This document shows, piece by piece, positions 21,914-30,851 of a stretch of DNA of 64,000 nucleotides; position 1 is the first letter of the stretch; each line of letters begins with the position of its first letter. Made by a program: the position numbers and the translations under genes. The notes below the pieces were generated by a model. It had not been told where the DNA came from and did no database searches. It saw nothing but the letters and a program-made list of their open reading frames with translations. Origin of the DNA: an uncultured Actinomycetes bacterium (GTDB taxonomy: Bacteria > Actinomycetota > Thermoleophilia > Solirubrobacterales > 70-9); NCBI GenBank assembly GCA_963812845.1, contig CAWEWQ010000001.1, forward strand, positions 1,724,496-1,788,495, written 5' to 3'.

Positions 21914-21969
21914 AGGTAGTCATTCTCGGAATCCCATCGGATGCCTGCCGAATCAGGCAATCCGGTCGT

Positions 21970-22052
21970 GGAGGGGGCGGGGGACCTCCTCCAGACACTC
22001 AACATCGAGCCATAGCGAGATGTGTCTGGGGGAGGTCCCCCGCCCCCTCCCC
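21970..22052. repeat. Nested-hairpin intergenic repeat, family 1, copy B
   Basis: Arms 21970-21990 and 22030-22052 form 20 Watson-Crick bp continuous with the 8-bp core stem. The core 21991-22029 is identical to copy A. The element ends 2 nt from the yebC stop and lies upstream of ruvC. Confidence 0.85.
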
Positions 22053-22054
22053 AA

Positions 22055-22804
22055 TCAAGCCGCCAGTTTCTCCAACACGTCCGCCGGAATATCGAAGTTC
22101 GCGTAGACCTCGTCGACGTCGTCCTGATCGTCGAGCGAGTCGAGCAGCTTCAAAACCCGCTCGGCGTCGTGCCCCTTCAGCTCGACGGTGCTTTTCGGCT
22201 CGGTGACCAGGCCCGCCGACTCGACCTCGATCCCTTCGCCCTCGAGAGCTTCGCGCACCGTGGTCAGATCGGTGGGCTCGCAGATCACGCGCAGCTTGCC
22301 CTCGTCCTCGCGCACGTCCTCGGCGCCGGCGTCGATCGCCCCGATCAGGTCGTCCTCGCCATAGCGGCTGCCGTCGACCACGATCGCGCCTTTTTTCTCG
22401 AAGATCCAGGCGACCGAGCCCGGCTCGCCCAGGTTGCCCCCGTGCTTGGAGAACGCGTGCCGGATCTCGGCGCTGGCGCGGTTGCGGTTGTCGGTCAGGG
22501 CCTCGACGAGAACGGCGACGCCCGCCGGCCCGTAGCCCTCGTAGACGATCCTTTCGATCGTCGCGCCGTCGCTTCCGGCACCGGTACCGACATCGATCGC
22601 TTTCTGGATCTTGTCCTTCGGCATCGAGGCGTCTTTGGCCTTCTGGACCGCGGTCGCCAGGGTCGGGTTGCCGCTCGGGTCACCGCCGCCGTCGCGGGCC
22701 GCCACGGTGATCGCCCGCGCCAGCTTGCTGAAGAGCTTGCCGCGTTTGGCGTCGGCGGCGCCCTTCTTGTGTTTGATCGAGTGCCACTTGGAATGTCCGG
22801 ACAT
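22055..22804 (-). CDS. yebC: YebC/PmpR family DNA-binding transcriptional regulator
   Basis: MSGHSKWHSIKHKKGAADAKRGKLFSKLARAI... 249 aa, uninterrupted from the ATG at 22804 within ORF 22055-23218. Confidence 0.95.
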   Translation of the reverse strand: MSGHSKWHSIKHKKGAADAKRGKLFSKLARAITVAARDGGGDPSGNPTLATAVQKAKDASMPKDKIQKAIDVGTGAGSDGATIERIVYEGYGPAGVAVLVEALTDNRNRASAEIRHAFSKHGGNLGEPGSVAWIFEKKGAIVVDGSRYGEDDLIGAIDAGAEDVREDEGKLRVICEPTDLTTVREALEGEGIEVESAGLVTEPKSTVELKGHDAERVLKLLDSLDDQDDVDEVYANFDIPADVLEKLAA

Positions 22805-22828
22805 CGCCTGCCATTCTATGAAGTGCCG

Positions 22829-23264
22829 ATGGGGACGCAGGAAAGAATCCACGAAGCGGGACATGCGCTGGCGGCCGGCCTCGTCTTCCTCGCCATGCTC
22901 GTCGCGGCCTTCTCGCTCTGGACGGCGATCCCGCTGAGCTGGGTCTACATCGCCTCGAAGCTCTCCGAGACCCAGTTCCCGAGTGGCGGCCCCTACGCCG
23001 TGGTGGCGATCGGAATCGTCGCCTCGATCCTCTTCGTCGCCTGGCTGATCGGCCGCCTCAACAACCTCTACATCCGCATCACCGGCACCAACAGGTTGGC
23101 CCCGATTCGCCCGACCTGGCTGAAAAGCATGCGAGACACCGGCGCCGGCCTCGAGTTCGGTGACGGTGGTCGAGGCGGTGCTGATGGCCTCGGTGATGCT
23201 GGCCGCTCTGGCTCTCACCCTCTGGTTCTTCCTCCTCGCCGGCTCGCCCTTGCCGGACCAGTAA
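22829..23264 (+). CDS. Small membrane protein, one frameshift near 23155
   Basis: MGTQERIHEAGHALAAGLVFLAMLVAAFSLWTAIPLSWVYIA..YAVVAIGIVASILFVAWLIG.. then ..LMASVMLAALALTLWFFLLAGSPLPDQ* (stop 23262-23264). Confidence 0.45.
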
Positions 23265-23332
23265 CACTTCCGGCACTGAAGTTTTTAAGTTTCGCAGACC
23301 AAAAGTTGCATTTGGCTTGGTAGGCTGCCACC

Positions 23333-23659
23333 ATGGCCGTGATGGCAAGGGAAGAGTGGACCGCCGCAGACCTCAATCAGCTGAGCGGGCAGGTGGACGC
23401 CGGCTTCAAAGAGATGCGTACGGAATTCAAGGCAGTCCGGGGTGAGGTCAAGGAAGAGATCCAGGCAGTTCGAGGTGAGATCAAGGAAGAGATCCAGGCA
23501 GTTCGAGGTGAGATCGGGCAGGTCCGCGCTGAGATGGTGCAACTCCGGAGTGACATGAATGCCTTCCACAGCTCCGTCATCCAGTTGGTATGGGGAATCG
23601 TCGGAACCGTCTTCCTCGGCTTCATGGGGACGATTGCGGCGCTGTTCTCCCTCGTCTGA
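23333..23659 (+). CDS. Coiled-coil, C-terminally membrane-anchored small protein (108 aa), intact, lower GC
   Basis: Repetitive heptad-like KAVRGEVKEEIQAVRGEIKEEIQAVRGEIGQVRAEM, then a TM tail VIQLVWGIVGTVFLGFMGTIAALFSLV. Its stop abuts the convergent aminopeptidase stop (TGA|TCA). Confidence 0.6.
   Translation: MAVMAREEWTAADLNQLSGQVDAGFKEMRTEFKAVRGEVKEEIQAVRGEIKEEIQAVRGEIGQVRAEMVQLRSDMNAFHSSVIQLVWGIVGTVFLGFMGTIAALFSLV
23450..23515. repeat. Perfect 2 x 33-bp in-frame tandem repeat
   Basis: aaggaagagatccaggcagttcgaggtgagatc occurs twice (KEEIQAVRGEI x2) inside CDS 23333-23659. Confidence 0.85.
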
Positions 23660-24769
23660 TCAGACGACGAACTTGCCGTCTTCCTGCATGACGACGCCGT
23701 CGACTTCGAGCTTGCCGCCGAGGCGGAGGTCGCAGACGAGGTCGGTGTGGACCGCGGACTCGTTCTCGCCTCCCGACTCGGGATAGCTGCTGCCGACCGC
23801 CATGTGGACGGTGCCGCCGATCTTCTCGTCGAGCAGGACCTCACGGGTGCCTTTGGTGATCCCGTAGTTGGTGCCGATCCCGAGCTCGCCGAGCGTCCGC
23901 GCCCCCTCGTCGGTGTCGAGCAGTTTCAGCAGGTACTCCTCGCCGCGCTCGGCCGAGGCGTCGACGACCTTGCCGCCCTCGAAACGCAGCCTCACCCCGG
24001 CGACCTCGCGGCCACCGATCACCGCCGGCAGATGGAAGCTGACCTCGCCCTCGACCGAGTCCTCGACCGGGCCGGTGAAGAACTCGCCGTCGGGCATGTT
24101 GTTGTCGCCGACGCAGGGGATGAACCTGCGGCCCGCGATCCCGAGCCGGATGTCGGTCCCCGGCGCGGTCACCCGCACCTCCTCGTGGCCCTCGATCCAG
24201 TCCGCCAGGCGCGTCGTCTCCTCCGAGGCGCGCTTCCAGGCCGTCAGCGGCTCCGGGTCGGCGGCAAGGCAGGCGCCGTAGTAGAAGTCTTCGTAGTCGG
24301 CCAGGCTCATCTCCGCCTCCGAGGCGTAGGCGCTGGTCGGAAAGAGCGTGTAGCACCAGCGGAACTCGCCTTCGGCCGCGCGCTTCATCGCCCTCGTCAT
24401 CAAGCCGCCGGTGGCCGACTGGCGCAGGGTCTGGCGCTCCGGGGCGACGCCTGAGAGCTCGCGGGTGTTGGTGCTGGCGCCGATCGCGATCCGCACGTCG
24501 GCGTTGTCGACCATCCACTCGGCAAACGGGGAGATCCATTCCAGCTGCCGGTCGGAGGCGTGCTTGAAGTAGGAGGCGATCTGTCCCTCCAGCGCCACGT
24601 TCAGCATCGGGTGGCCCCCGGCCTCCAATACCTCCTCATAGACCGCCAGCAGCAGCGGCGCCGCCGCGCTCTCGCCGTCGATCGCGACGACGTCGTCCTC
24701 CTTCACCTCGGTCGAGTAGCCGACCAGGATCTTCGCCAGGTTCTGAATCCGGGGGTCGCCGCCGCTCAT
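23660..24769 (-). CDS. Aminopeptidase, M29 (AmpS/PepS) family
   Basis: MSGGDPRIQNLAKILVGYSTEV..LFPTSAYASEAEMSL..DGEFFTGPVE..GELGIGTNYGI..GGTVHMAVGSSYPESGG. The ATG at 24769 overlaps the pdxT stop (ATGA). Uninterrupted. Confidence 0.85.
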   Translation of the reverse strand: MSGGDPRIQNLAKILVGYSTEVKEDDVVAIDGESAAAPLLLAVYEEVLEAGGHPMLNVALEGQIASYFKHASDRQLEWISPFAEWMVDNADVRIAIGASTNTRELSGVAPERQTLRQSATGGLMTRAMKRAAEGEFRWCYTLFPTSAYASEAEMSLADYEDFYYGACLAADPEPLTAWKRASEETTRLADWIEGHEEVRVTAPGTDIRLGIAGRRFIPCVGDNNMPDGEFFTGPVEDSVEGEVSFHLPAVIGGREVAGVRLRFEGGKVVDASAERGEEYLLKLLDTDEGARTLGELGIGTNYGITKGTREVLLDEKIGGTVHMAVGSSYPESGGENESAVHTDLVCDLRLGGKLEVDGVVMQEDGKFVV

Positions 24770-25356
24770 CGCCTCGCCTCCTCTCCGGCCCGCTCCCGAG
24801 CCGCCGTGGTCATTGCCATGAATATCGCGTGGAAGCGCGGGTCGTCGGTCAGCTCGGGATGAAAGGCGCAGGCGAGCACGCTGCCCTCGCGAATCGCCAC
24901 CGGGTGACCGTCGTAGGAGGCGAGCACCTCCACCTCGGGGCCGCAGCGCTCGACCCACGGGGCGCGGATGAAGACCGCGCGCAGGGTCTCGTCTCCGGCC
25001 CCCTCGACCTCGAGGTCCGCCTCGAAGCTCTGCAGCTGGCGCCCGAAGGCGTTCCGCCGCGCGGTGGCGTCGATGAAGCCGAGATGCTCGGCGTCACAGA
25101 CGATCAGCCCGGCGCAGGTGCCGAGGATCGGTCGGCCGGCCTCGTGGTGGGCGCGCAGTGGAGCCTCGAGGCCGGAGGACTGGATCAGCTTGCCGATCGT
25201 GGTGCTCTCGCCGCCGGGTATCACCAGCGCGTCGAGGCCCTCCATGTCCGCCGGCGTACGGACTTCGCTCGGCTCGGCCCCGAGCTGGCGCAGGGTCGTG
25301 GCGTGGGCTTCGAAGTCCCCCTGCAGCGCGAGTACGCCGACCTTCAGGTCAGCCAC
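24766..25356 (-). CDS. pdxT: Pyridoxal 5'-phosphate synthase glutaminase subunit PdxT
   Basis: Intact 196-aa ORF: KVGVLALQGDFEAH..LVIPGGESTT..PILGTCAGLIV..FIRAPW..CAFHPELTDD. Confidence 0.95.
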   Translation of the reverse strand: MADLKVGVLALQGDFEAHATTLRQLGAEPSEVRTPADMEGLDALVIPGGESTTIGKLIQSSGLEAPLRAHHEAGRPILGTCAGLIVCDAEHLGFIDATARRNAFGRQLQSFEADLEVEGAGDETLRAVFIRAPWVERCGPEVEVLASYDGHPVAIREGSVLACAFHPELTDDPRFHAIFMAMTTAARERAGEEARR

Positions 25357-25392
25357 CGGATGAGCGGTTCCACGGCCGGGTGCGCCTGGGGG

Positions 25393-25486
25393 CGCGCCTG
25401 GCCAAGCAGATCAAGGACGCAGGGCGCAGCCTTTGCTGGTTGCAAAGGCAAGTCCGAGGACGCAGAGATGCGCGGCGCCAGGCGCG
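25393..25486. repeat. Structured intergenic repeat, family 2, copy 1 (between pdxS and pdxT)
   Basis: Outer stem 25393-25402/25477-25486. Conserved block aagcagatcaaggacgcaggg at 25404-25424. Inner hairpin 25429-25436/25442-25449. Conserved block ccgaggacgcagagatgcgc at 25454-25473. The architecture matches 51658-51762. Confidence 0.8.
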
Positions 25487-25519
25487 TCATCCAGGTGTGC
25501 CGGGTCGTGGGACCGCTCA

Positions 25520-26416
25520 TCAAGCTCCGCGGTTCTGCAGCAGGGCGTCCTCGGCGGCGAGCCCGGCGATCTCCAGCCCGGGCATCGCCTCGCCGAGCCC
25601 GATCGAGGCGTCTGCGACCCGCTCGGGGTCGTTGAAGTGGGTGGTCGCCTCGACGATCGCCCGCGCCCGCCGCTCGGGATCGGAGCTCTTGAAGATCCCG
25701 GAGCCGACGAAGTTGCCCTCGGCCCCGAGCTGCATCATCAGCGCGGCATCGGCCGGGGTTGCGATTCCGCCGGCGCAGAACAACGGCACCGGCAGGGAGC
25801 CCGCCTCGGCGACGACTTTCACCACCTCGAGTGGGGCCTGGAGTTCTTTTGCCTCCGAGGAGAGCTCCTCGGGCCCGAGCTGCGCAAGCCGCTTGATCCC
25901 GGAGGTGATCCCACGCATGTGGCGCACCGCCTCGACCACGTTGCCGGTCCCGGCCTCCCCCTTGGAGCGGATCATCGCCGCGCCCTCGCCGATCCGCCGC
26001 AGCGCCTCGCCGAGGTTGGTGGCGCCGCACACAAACGGCACCTCGAAGGCCAGCTTGTCGATGTGGTTGTGCTCGTCCGCCGGAGTCAGGACCTCCGACT
26101 CGTCGATGTAGTCGACTTCCAGGGCCTGCAGGACCTGGGCCTCGGCGAAGTGGCCGATCCGGGCCTTTGCCATCACCGGGATCGAAACCGCCTCCTGGAT
26201 GCCCTTGATCATCGCCGGGTCCGACATGCGGGCGACGCCGCCGTCGCGGCGGATGTCCGCCGGCACCCGCTCCAGCGCCATCACCGCGCAGGCGCCGGCG
26301 TCCTCGGCGATCTTCGCCTCCTCGGGAGTGACCACGTCCATGATCACCCCGCCCTTCAACATCTCCGCAAGGCCGGTCTTCAACCTAAAGGTCGCGCGTT
26401 CAGTCATGGCGTCCAT
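25520..26416 (-). CDS. pdxS: Pyridoxal 5'-phosphate synthase lyase subunit PdxS
   Basis: Intact 298-aa ORF: [65 protein letters not shown]. Confidence 0.95.
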   Translation of the reverse strand: MDAMTERATFRLKTGLAEMLKGGVIMDVVTPEEAKIAEDAGACAVMALERVPADIRRDGGVARMSDPAMIKGIQEAVSIPVMAKARIGHFAEAQVLQALEVDYIDESEVLTPADEHNHIDKLAFEVPFVCGATNLGEALRRIGEGAAMIRSKGEAGTGNVVEAVRHMRGITSGIKRLAQLGPEELSSEAKELQAPLEVVKVVAEAGSLPVPLFCAGGIATPADAALMMQLGAEGNFVGSGIFKSSDPERRARAIVEATTHFNDPERVADASIGLGEAMPGLEIAGLAAEDALLQNRGA

Positions 26417-26458
26417 CTTACGAAGACAGGCGCTTCTCCCGCGGGTGGCGACGATGGG

Positions 26459-26486
26459 GGACTCCCGCCAGTTGGCGGGAGGGTCC
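26459..26486 (-). terminator. GC-rich hairpin 3' of the rpiR-like gene (arm-only relative of repeat family 1)
   Basis: ggactcccgcc-agtt-ggcgggag(gg)tcc. The arm sequence resembles copy A (gggactccc[t]cgcc). It lies 37 nt after the stop at 26524. No U-tract is present. Confidence 0.35.
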
Positions 26487-26523
26487 TATCGGAGACAGGA
26501 CCCGCGGGCCGGCGACGCCCGCG

Positions 26524-27372
26524 CTACTTCAGTTTGTAAGCCCGGATGCGGTCTTTGTGCGCCGCTTCGTCCCGCGCATACAAACCGTGGGCCAACCCCT
26601 GGACCAATGCCATCAGCGCCGTGTGCGAACGCGTGAAGCTGGGGCTGTTGGAGGAGAAGTAGAGCGTCATCTCGGCGTGCTCCCCCACCTCCGACATCGT
26701 CGCGTCGGAGATCGCCAGGGTGCGGGCGCCGCGGTGCAAAGCGAGCTTCATCGCTCGCAGCAGCAGCGGGTGGGCGCGGCCGGCGGAAAGCGTGATCACG
26801 AGCGTGCTCTCGTCGATCCGGCCCAGGCGCTGGAGCGATTCGCCGCCGGTGCTGGCGACGATCTCGGCGCGGATGTCCAGCAGGCTGAGGGTGTGCCGAA
26901 GGTAGCTGGCGAAGAAGGCCATCTGGTCGACGCCGACGATGACGATCCGCTGGGCTTCCGCCAGCGCCGCGACCGAGGCGTTCACCTGGTCCGAGGTCAA
27001 CTTGCGCGCGGTTTCCTCCAGGTTCGCGTAGTCGGCGCTGAGCGATCCCTCCAGCTCGGAGTGGTCGAAGGAAAAGAGAGCGCCTCCGGCTGCGGCGCTG
27101 GTGGCGATCGTCGTCCGGTACTCCTCGATCGCCGCCTGCTGGAGCTCCGGATAGCCCTCGAAGCCGAGGGCCTGGGAGAAGCGCACCACCGTCGATGACG
27201 AGGTGCTCGCTCTCCGGGCCAGCTCCTCGGCGGTGAGGAAGGCTGCCTCGTCGAGGTGGTCGACGATGTAGCGGGCGACGTCCTTCTGGGAGCGCGAGAA
27301 CTCGTCGAAACGCTCCTGGATGTAGTCGGAAAGGCTTTTGAGCTGTGGGGACTTCGTTGCGGTCTTGGTCAC
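26524..27372 (-). CDS. MurR/RpiR family transcriptional regulator (HTH plus SIS domain)
   Basis: Intact 282-aa ORF: ..SRSQKDVARYIVDHLDEAAFLTAEELARRASTSSSTVVRFSQALGFEGY.. then a SIS-like ..IVIVGVDQMAFFASYL..VITLSAGRAHP... Confidence 0.85.
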   Translation of the reverse strand: MTKTATKSPQLKSLSDYIQERFDEFSRSQKDVARYIVDHLDEAAFLTAEELARRASTSSSTVVRFSQALGFEGYPELQQAAIEEYRTTIATSAAAGGALFSFDHSELEGSLSADYANLEETARKLTSDQVNASVAALAEAQRIVIVGVDQMAFFASYLRHTLSLLDIRAEIVASTGGESLQRLGRIDESTLVITLSAGRAHPLLLRAMKLALHRGARTLAISDATMSEVGEHAEMTLYFSSNSPSFTRSHTALMALVQGLAHGLYARDEAAHKDRIRAYKLK

Positions 27373-27433
27373 GGCGGATCATTTCGCCGAACCGGACCCT
27401 TTCCCTTCCAGGTTCTGGTTGGATTCGTCGCAG

Positions 27434-27817
27434 ATGACTCTCGAAAAGGCCCTGCGCCTGACCAATCGCAACATGATCGCCTTCGACCTGCTGCTCGGCA
27501 GCGCGGCGATCGCGGCACCCGAGATGACCCTGAAGGTGCTCGGGCACGACGAGCCCTCGCCGGACGCGAAGCACCTGTTCCGCCGCTGCGGGCCGATCTG
27601 GCTCACCTTCGCCGCCGCCCACCTGGTGGCGGACCGCCGCGGCTCGAAGGCCGACTGGCAGTCGCTCGCCTGGCTGCGCGGAACCGAGATCGCGACCGAC
27701 GCGCTCTGGTCCGCCTCGCCGGCCGTCAGCCGGCCCGGGGCAAAGCTCGGCCTGCAGCTGGCGGGAGTCGCCAACGTCGCGATGGCCGCCGGCTTCGCCT
27801 GGATGTCGAGGCGCTGA
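27434..27817 (+). CDS. Small membrane protein (hypothetical)
   Basis: MTLEKALRLTNRNMIAFDLLLGSAAIAAPE..IWLTFAAAHLVAD..LQLAGVANVAMAAGFAW. It is divergent from the rpiR-like gene. The internal ATG of ORF 27338-27817 was chosen as start. Confidence 0.45.
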   Translation: MTLEKALRLTNRNMIAFDLLLGSAAIAAPEMTLKVLGHDEPSPDAKHLFRRCGPIWLTFAAAHLVADRRGSKADWQSLAWLRGTEIATDALWSASPAVSRPGAKLGLQLAGVANVAMAAGFAWMSRR

Positions 27818-27819
27818 GC

Positions 27820-28152
27820 TTGAGCCGGTTCGACGGAGAGCCGAGCAAACGCTGGAGCCTCGTCGGCCTGAACGAAGAGGGCGACGAGGTTTGGCTGATC
27901 CGCGGCATCGCCCGCAAGCTCTACCACTGCCCCGGCTGCCACGGGGACCTCCCGGTCGGCGAAGAGCACACGGTGGTCCAGTTCGTGCGCCGTCTCGGCG
28001 GCACCGACCACCACCACTGGCACCGGCGCTGCGCCGAAGAGCTGCTGGTTCCCGAGCTCGGGAACCTGAAGAAGGTGGCGGCCGCCGAGTCGAGCCAGTC
28101 GCGGCTGGAGGCGCGGGGCCGGCACAAGTCCGGGCGCCGCCGCCGGCCGTGA
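27820..28152 (+). CDS. Small Cys/His-rich (putative zinc-binding) conserved hypothetical protein
   Basis: ..RWSLVGLNEEGDEVWLIRGIARKLYHCPGCHGDLPVGEEHTVVQF..DHHHWHRRCAEE... A TTG start lies at 27820, in the frame of ORF 27256-28152. Confidence 0.5.
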   Translation: MSRFDGEPSKRWSLVGLNEEGDEVWLIRGIARKLYHCPGCHGDLPVGEEHTVVQFVRRLGGTDHHHWHRRCAEELLVPELGNLKKVAAAESSQSRLEARGRHKSGRRRRP

Positions 28153-28899
28153 GCTTCCCCCGCAGGCTGGCGTCGACGTACGCGCAGATCTGGCGCACCT
28201 ACTGGGGCTGGGCGCCCTCGATCCTGCTCCTGGCAGTGATCGTCTTCGTCCCGCTCGGCCTGCTTCAACGCGCTGACGATGAACGTCGAGCTCGACTCGC
28301 TGGACATCACCAGCGGGATCAAGGTGGCTGCTCTGGTGCTGGCGGTCGGGGTCGTGACCGCGACCGGCCTGCTCGGCGAGGTCTTCTTCAGCGGCGCGAT
28401 CGCAATCTCCCTTACCCACCCTCACGGCGAGGAGCCGCCGCCGTTGCGCGAGATCGCCAGGCGCCTCAAGTACGGCCGGCTGATCGCGTCGACCTCGCCT
28501 TCGTCGGAATCGTCGCCGTCGGGTTGCTCCTCGGGTTCGTCCCCGGAGTCCTCGCCTATCGTCTGGCTCGGCCTCGCCGGCCCGCTGGTGGAGCTGGAGG
28601 GCTGCGGTCCCGGCGGCGCCCTGCGCCGCAGCATGCAGCTGGTCCGCGGCGACTTCTGGCTCGTCTTCTGGGTGCTGGTCCCGATCGAGATCGTCGGCGA
28701 CGCGATCGGCGGCGGTCTGGCGGCCCTCGTCCACGACCTCTTCGGCCACACCTTCCTCGCCACCTGGCTGGCCGAGTCGCTGGCCGACGCCGCCCTCTCG
28801 CCCGTCTTCGCCGTCGCCGCGGTCCTTCTGACCGTCGACCGGATGACCGCCAAGGAAGGCAACGGCGCCGCCCCTGCACGCGAGCCCGGTGCCCGCATG
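28149..28899 (+). CDS. Integral membrane protein (hypothetical), frameshifted; 3' end uncertain
   Basis: GTG at 28149 (GTGA overlap): VSFPRRLASTYAQIWRTYWGWAPSILLLAVIVFVPLGLL.., ..VAALVLAVGVVTATGLLGEVFFSGAIA.., ..FWLVFWVLVPIEIVGDAIGGGLAALV... Confidence 0.45.
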
Positions 28900-29761
28900 A
28901 CCAGCGCCTCGATCGTCACCGACTTCTGGGACCGGATCGCCGAACACGAGCTGCAGGGCCTCTACCTGGTCCTGATCGGCTTCCTCCTCTCCTTCGCCTT
29001 CATCCGCATGAGCACCCGGCTGATGCGCAGCCCCAAGGTGCCCTGGTGGCCGGGCAGCATCGTCAGCGACTCCGGCGTCCACCTCCACCACCTCGTTTTC
29101 GGGATCGTGACGATGATGGTCGCCGGTGCCGGCGGCTTCGCCGCCTTCGGCAACAGCCCCTGGACGGAGATCTGCGCCTTCGCCTTCGGGATCGGCGCCG
29201 GGCTGACGATCGACGAGTTCGCCCTCTGGGTCTACCTCGACGACGTCTACTGGGCGAAGGAGGGGCGCAGCTCGATCGACGCGACCGTGATCGCGGCCGC
29301 GCTGATGCTGCTGGCGCTGCTCGGCTTCACCCCGTTCACGATCGACGACGGCTCGACCGAGTCGCTCTTCGGCACCGCCCTCAGCGCCCTCGTCGTCTTC
29401 CTCCTCGTCGCCGTCTGCTTCGCCAAGGGCCGGGTGCTCCATGGCTGCGTCGGCTTCTTCGTCTTCCCGATCGCCCTCTACGGCGCCTGCCGCCTCGGCA
29501 AGCCCGGCTCTGCCTGGGCGCGTCGCCGTTACGGCGAGCGGAACCCCGAGCAAGCAGGCCCGCGCCGAAGAGCGCTTCCCGCCCGACCGCCGCACCGATC
29601 GCTTCAAGGACGCCTTTCGCGACGTCGTCGGCGGCAAGCCCAGCGAGGGCCTGACCGCGGCGCGCGACGAGGCCTTCGCCGCGACCCGCGAGGCAAGCGA
29701 AGAAGTCCGCCAGCGGGCCGAACGGGTGACCCACCCCGGCGACCGCGGCGACGACTCCTAG
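28897..29761 (+). CDS. Integral membrane protein (hypothetical), frameshift near 29545
   Basis: MTSASIVTDFWDRIAEHELQGLYLVLIGFLLSFAFIRMSTRL..HLHHLVFGIVTMMVAGAGGFAAF..FGIGAGLTIDEFALWVYLDDVYW... The tail ends ..HPGDRGDDS* at 29761. Confidence 0.5.
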
Positions 29762-29772
29762 CTAGGAGGGAT

Positions 29773-30807
29773 CTAGGCTGGTATTTCCACGGGGTCCCCG
29801 TGGTAGCCGACCCGGGCGAGCAACTTCGTCTCCCCGCCGGGCCAGGTGGTCAGCCGTACCTCGGCGCGCTGTTCGGCCGGCTCCATCCGCAGCCACGCCA
29901 GCGGTGCGTCCTCGTCGGCCTCCTCGCCGGCGGCCGCCAGCCGCCGTTCGAAGGCGCTGCGCTCCTCCTCGGACATGTACTGCATGACGATCGAGTGGAA
30001 AACGACGGTGGTCGTCTTGGACCGGGGCGTGGCGAGGCGCTCGCCGAGCCAGTCCGCGGCACCGGCGCGATCAATCTCGACCGGCGATCCGACGGCTGCG
30101 TCCAGCGCGCACCGCAGGCGCTGCAGCCGTTCGACCTGGTCCGGCCAGACGAAGGAGAGAAGCGTCAGCCGCCCCTCCTCGGTCGAAAGGTCGACCGGGC
30201 AGCGGTCGCAGCCGCGCCGTTCCGAGACCTCGACCGGAACCGGCTCCAACGCCGGCCCGGCAAGCTCGAAGGCGATCCGCACCGGCGCGTCGGGACTGCC
30301 CCAGCGGAAGCCATCGGCCTCGTAGCCGTAACAGTCCCACCGCAGGTTGAGCCCCGCGCTTGCACCCACCTCGAGCAGGCGCAGCGGCAGACCGCGGCGG
30401 GCGGCAAGGAGGAACCCCGGCAAAAGCGCCGCGCAGCGCCCGACTTCATTCGTCTGCACGGGCCGGTGGAGGAGTTCCCGAATCGCTTCGCAATCCTCGG
30501 CGAGCGCCGCCCGAAAGGCGACCCACGTCTCGGCCCCCTCGGCTGACCGGAAGTGGGGCTCCAGCCCGGGAAGTGCCCCTTCCAGGACGCGACGATGGAC
30601 CGCGCCCATCAGGCGCAGCGCCAGCATCGAGCCGGGCGGATCGCCCTCGCGATCCCGCAGCACCTGCGCCACCGGCCCTCCATCCTCGACGTCGGCGGCA
30701 GCGCGTCCGAGCAGGTCGGCATAGAGCGGCGAGCCGAGGCGTGCGCAGTGTGCTGCCTGGGTGGCCAGAAGCGAGGAGAGAACTTCGCTTGACTTAACCA
30801 TCCTCAA
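29773..30807 (-). CDS. DUF2332 family protein
   Basis: Intact 344-aa ORF: ..QAAHCARLGSPLYADLLGRAAADVEDGG..LRLMGAVHRRVLEG..LLEVGASAGLNLRWDCYGYE..VVFHSIVMQYMSEEER... Family assignment is from memory of the DUF2332 pattern. Confidence 0.6.
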   Translation of the reverse strand: MRMVKSSEVLSSLLATQAAHCARLGSPLYADLLGRAAADVEDGGPVAQVLRDREGDPPGSMLALRLMGAVHRRVLEGALPGLEPHFRSAEGAETWVAFRAALAEDCEAIRELLHRPVQTNEVGRCAALLPGFLLAARRGLPLRLLEVGASAGLNLRWDCYGYEADGFRWGSPDAPVRIAFELAGPALEPVPVEVSERRGCDRCPVDLSTEEGRLTLLSFVWPDQVERLQRLRCALDAAVGSPVEIDRAGAADWLGERLATPRSKTTTVVFHSIVMQYMSEEERSAFERRLAAAGEEADEDAPLAWLRMEPAEQRAEVRLTTWPGGETKLLARVGYHGDPVEIPA

Positions 30808-30851
30808 ACCCTAGCCGCGAGATCGACCACCTAGACTCGGCCCAGGGGAGC

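Noticed and set aside
21810-22060. Mirror-image small ORFs starting MSGGGPPPPP on both strands (21810-21998 minus, 22022 plus)
   Set aside because: They arise from translating the two arms of the family 1 palindrome. The proline run is just the C-rich arm.
23450-23515. Tandem repeats as a possible CRISPR or minisatellite locus (also 45010-45057)
   Set aside because: Only two units each, with no spacers. Both are in frame inside well-supported CDSs.
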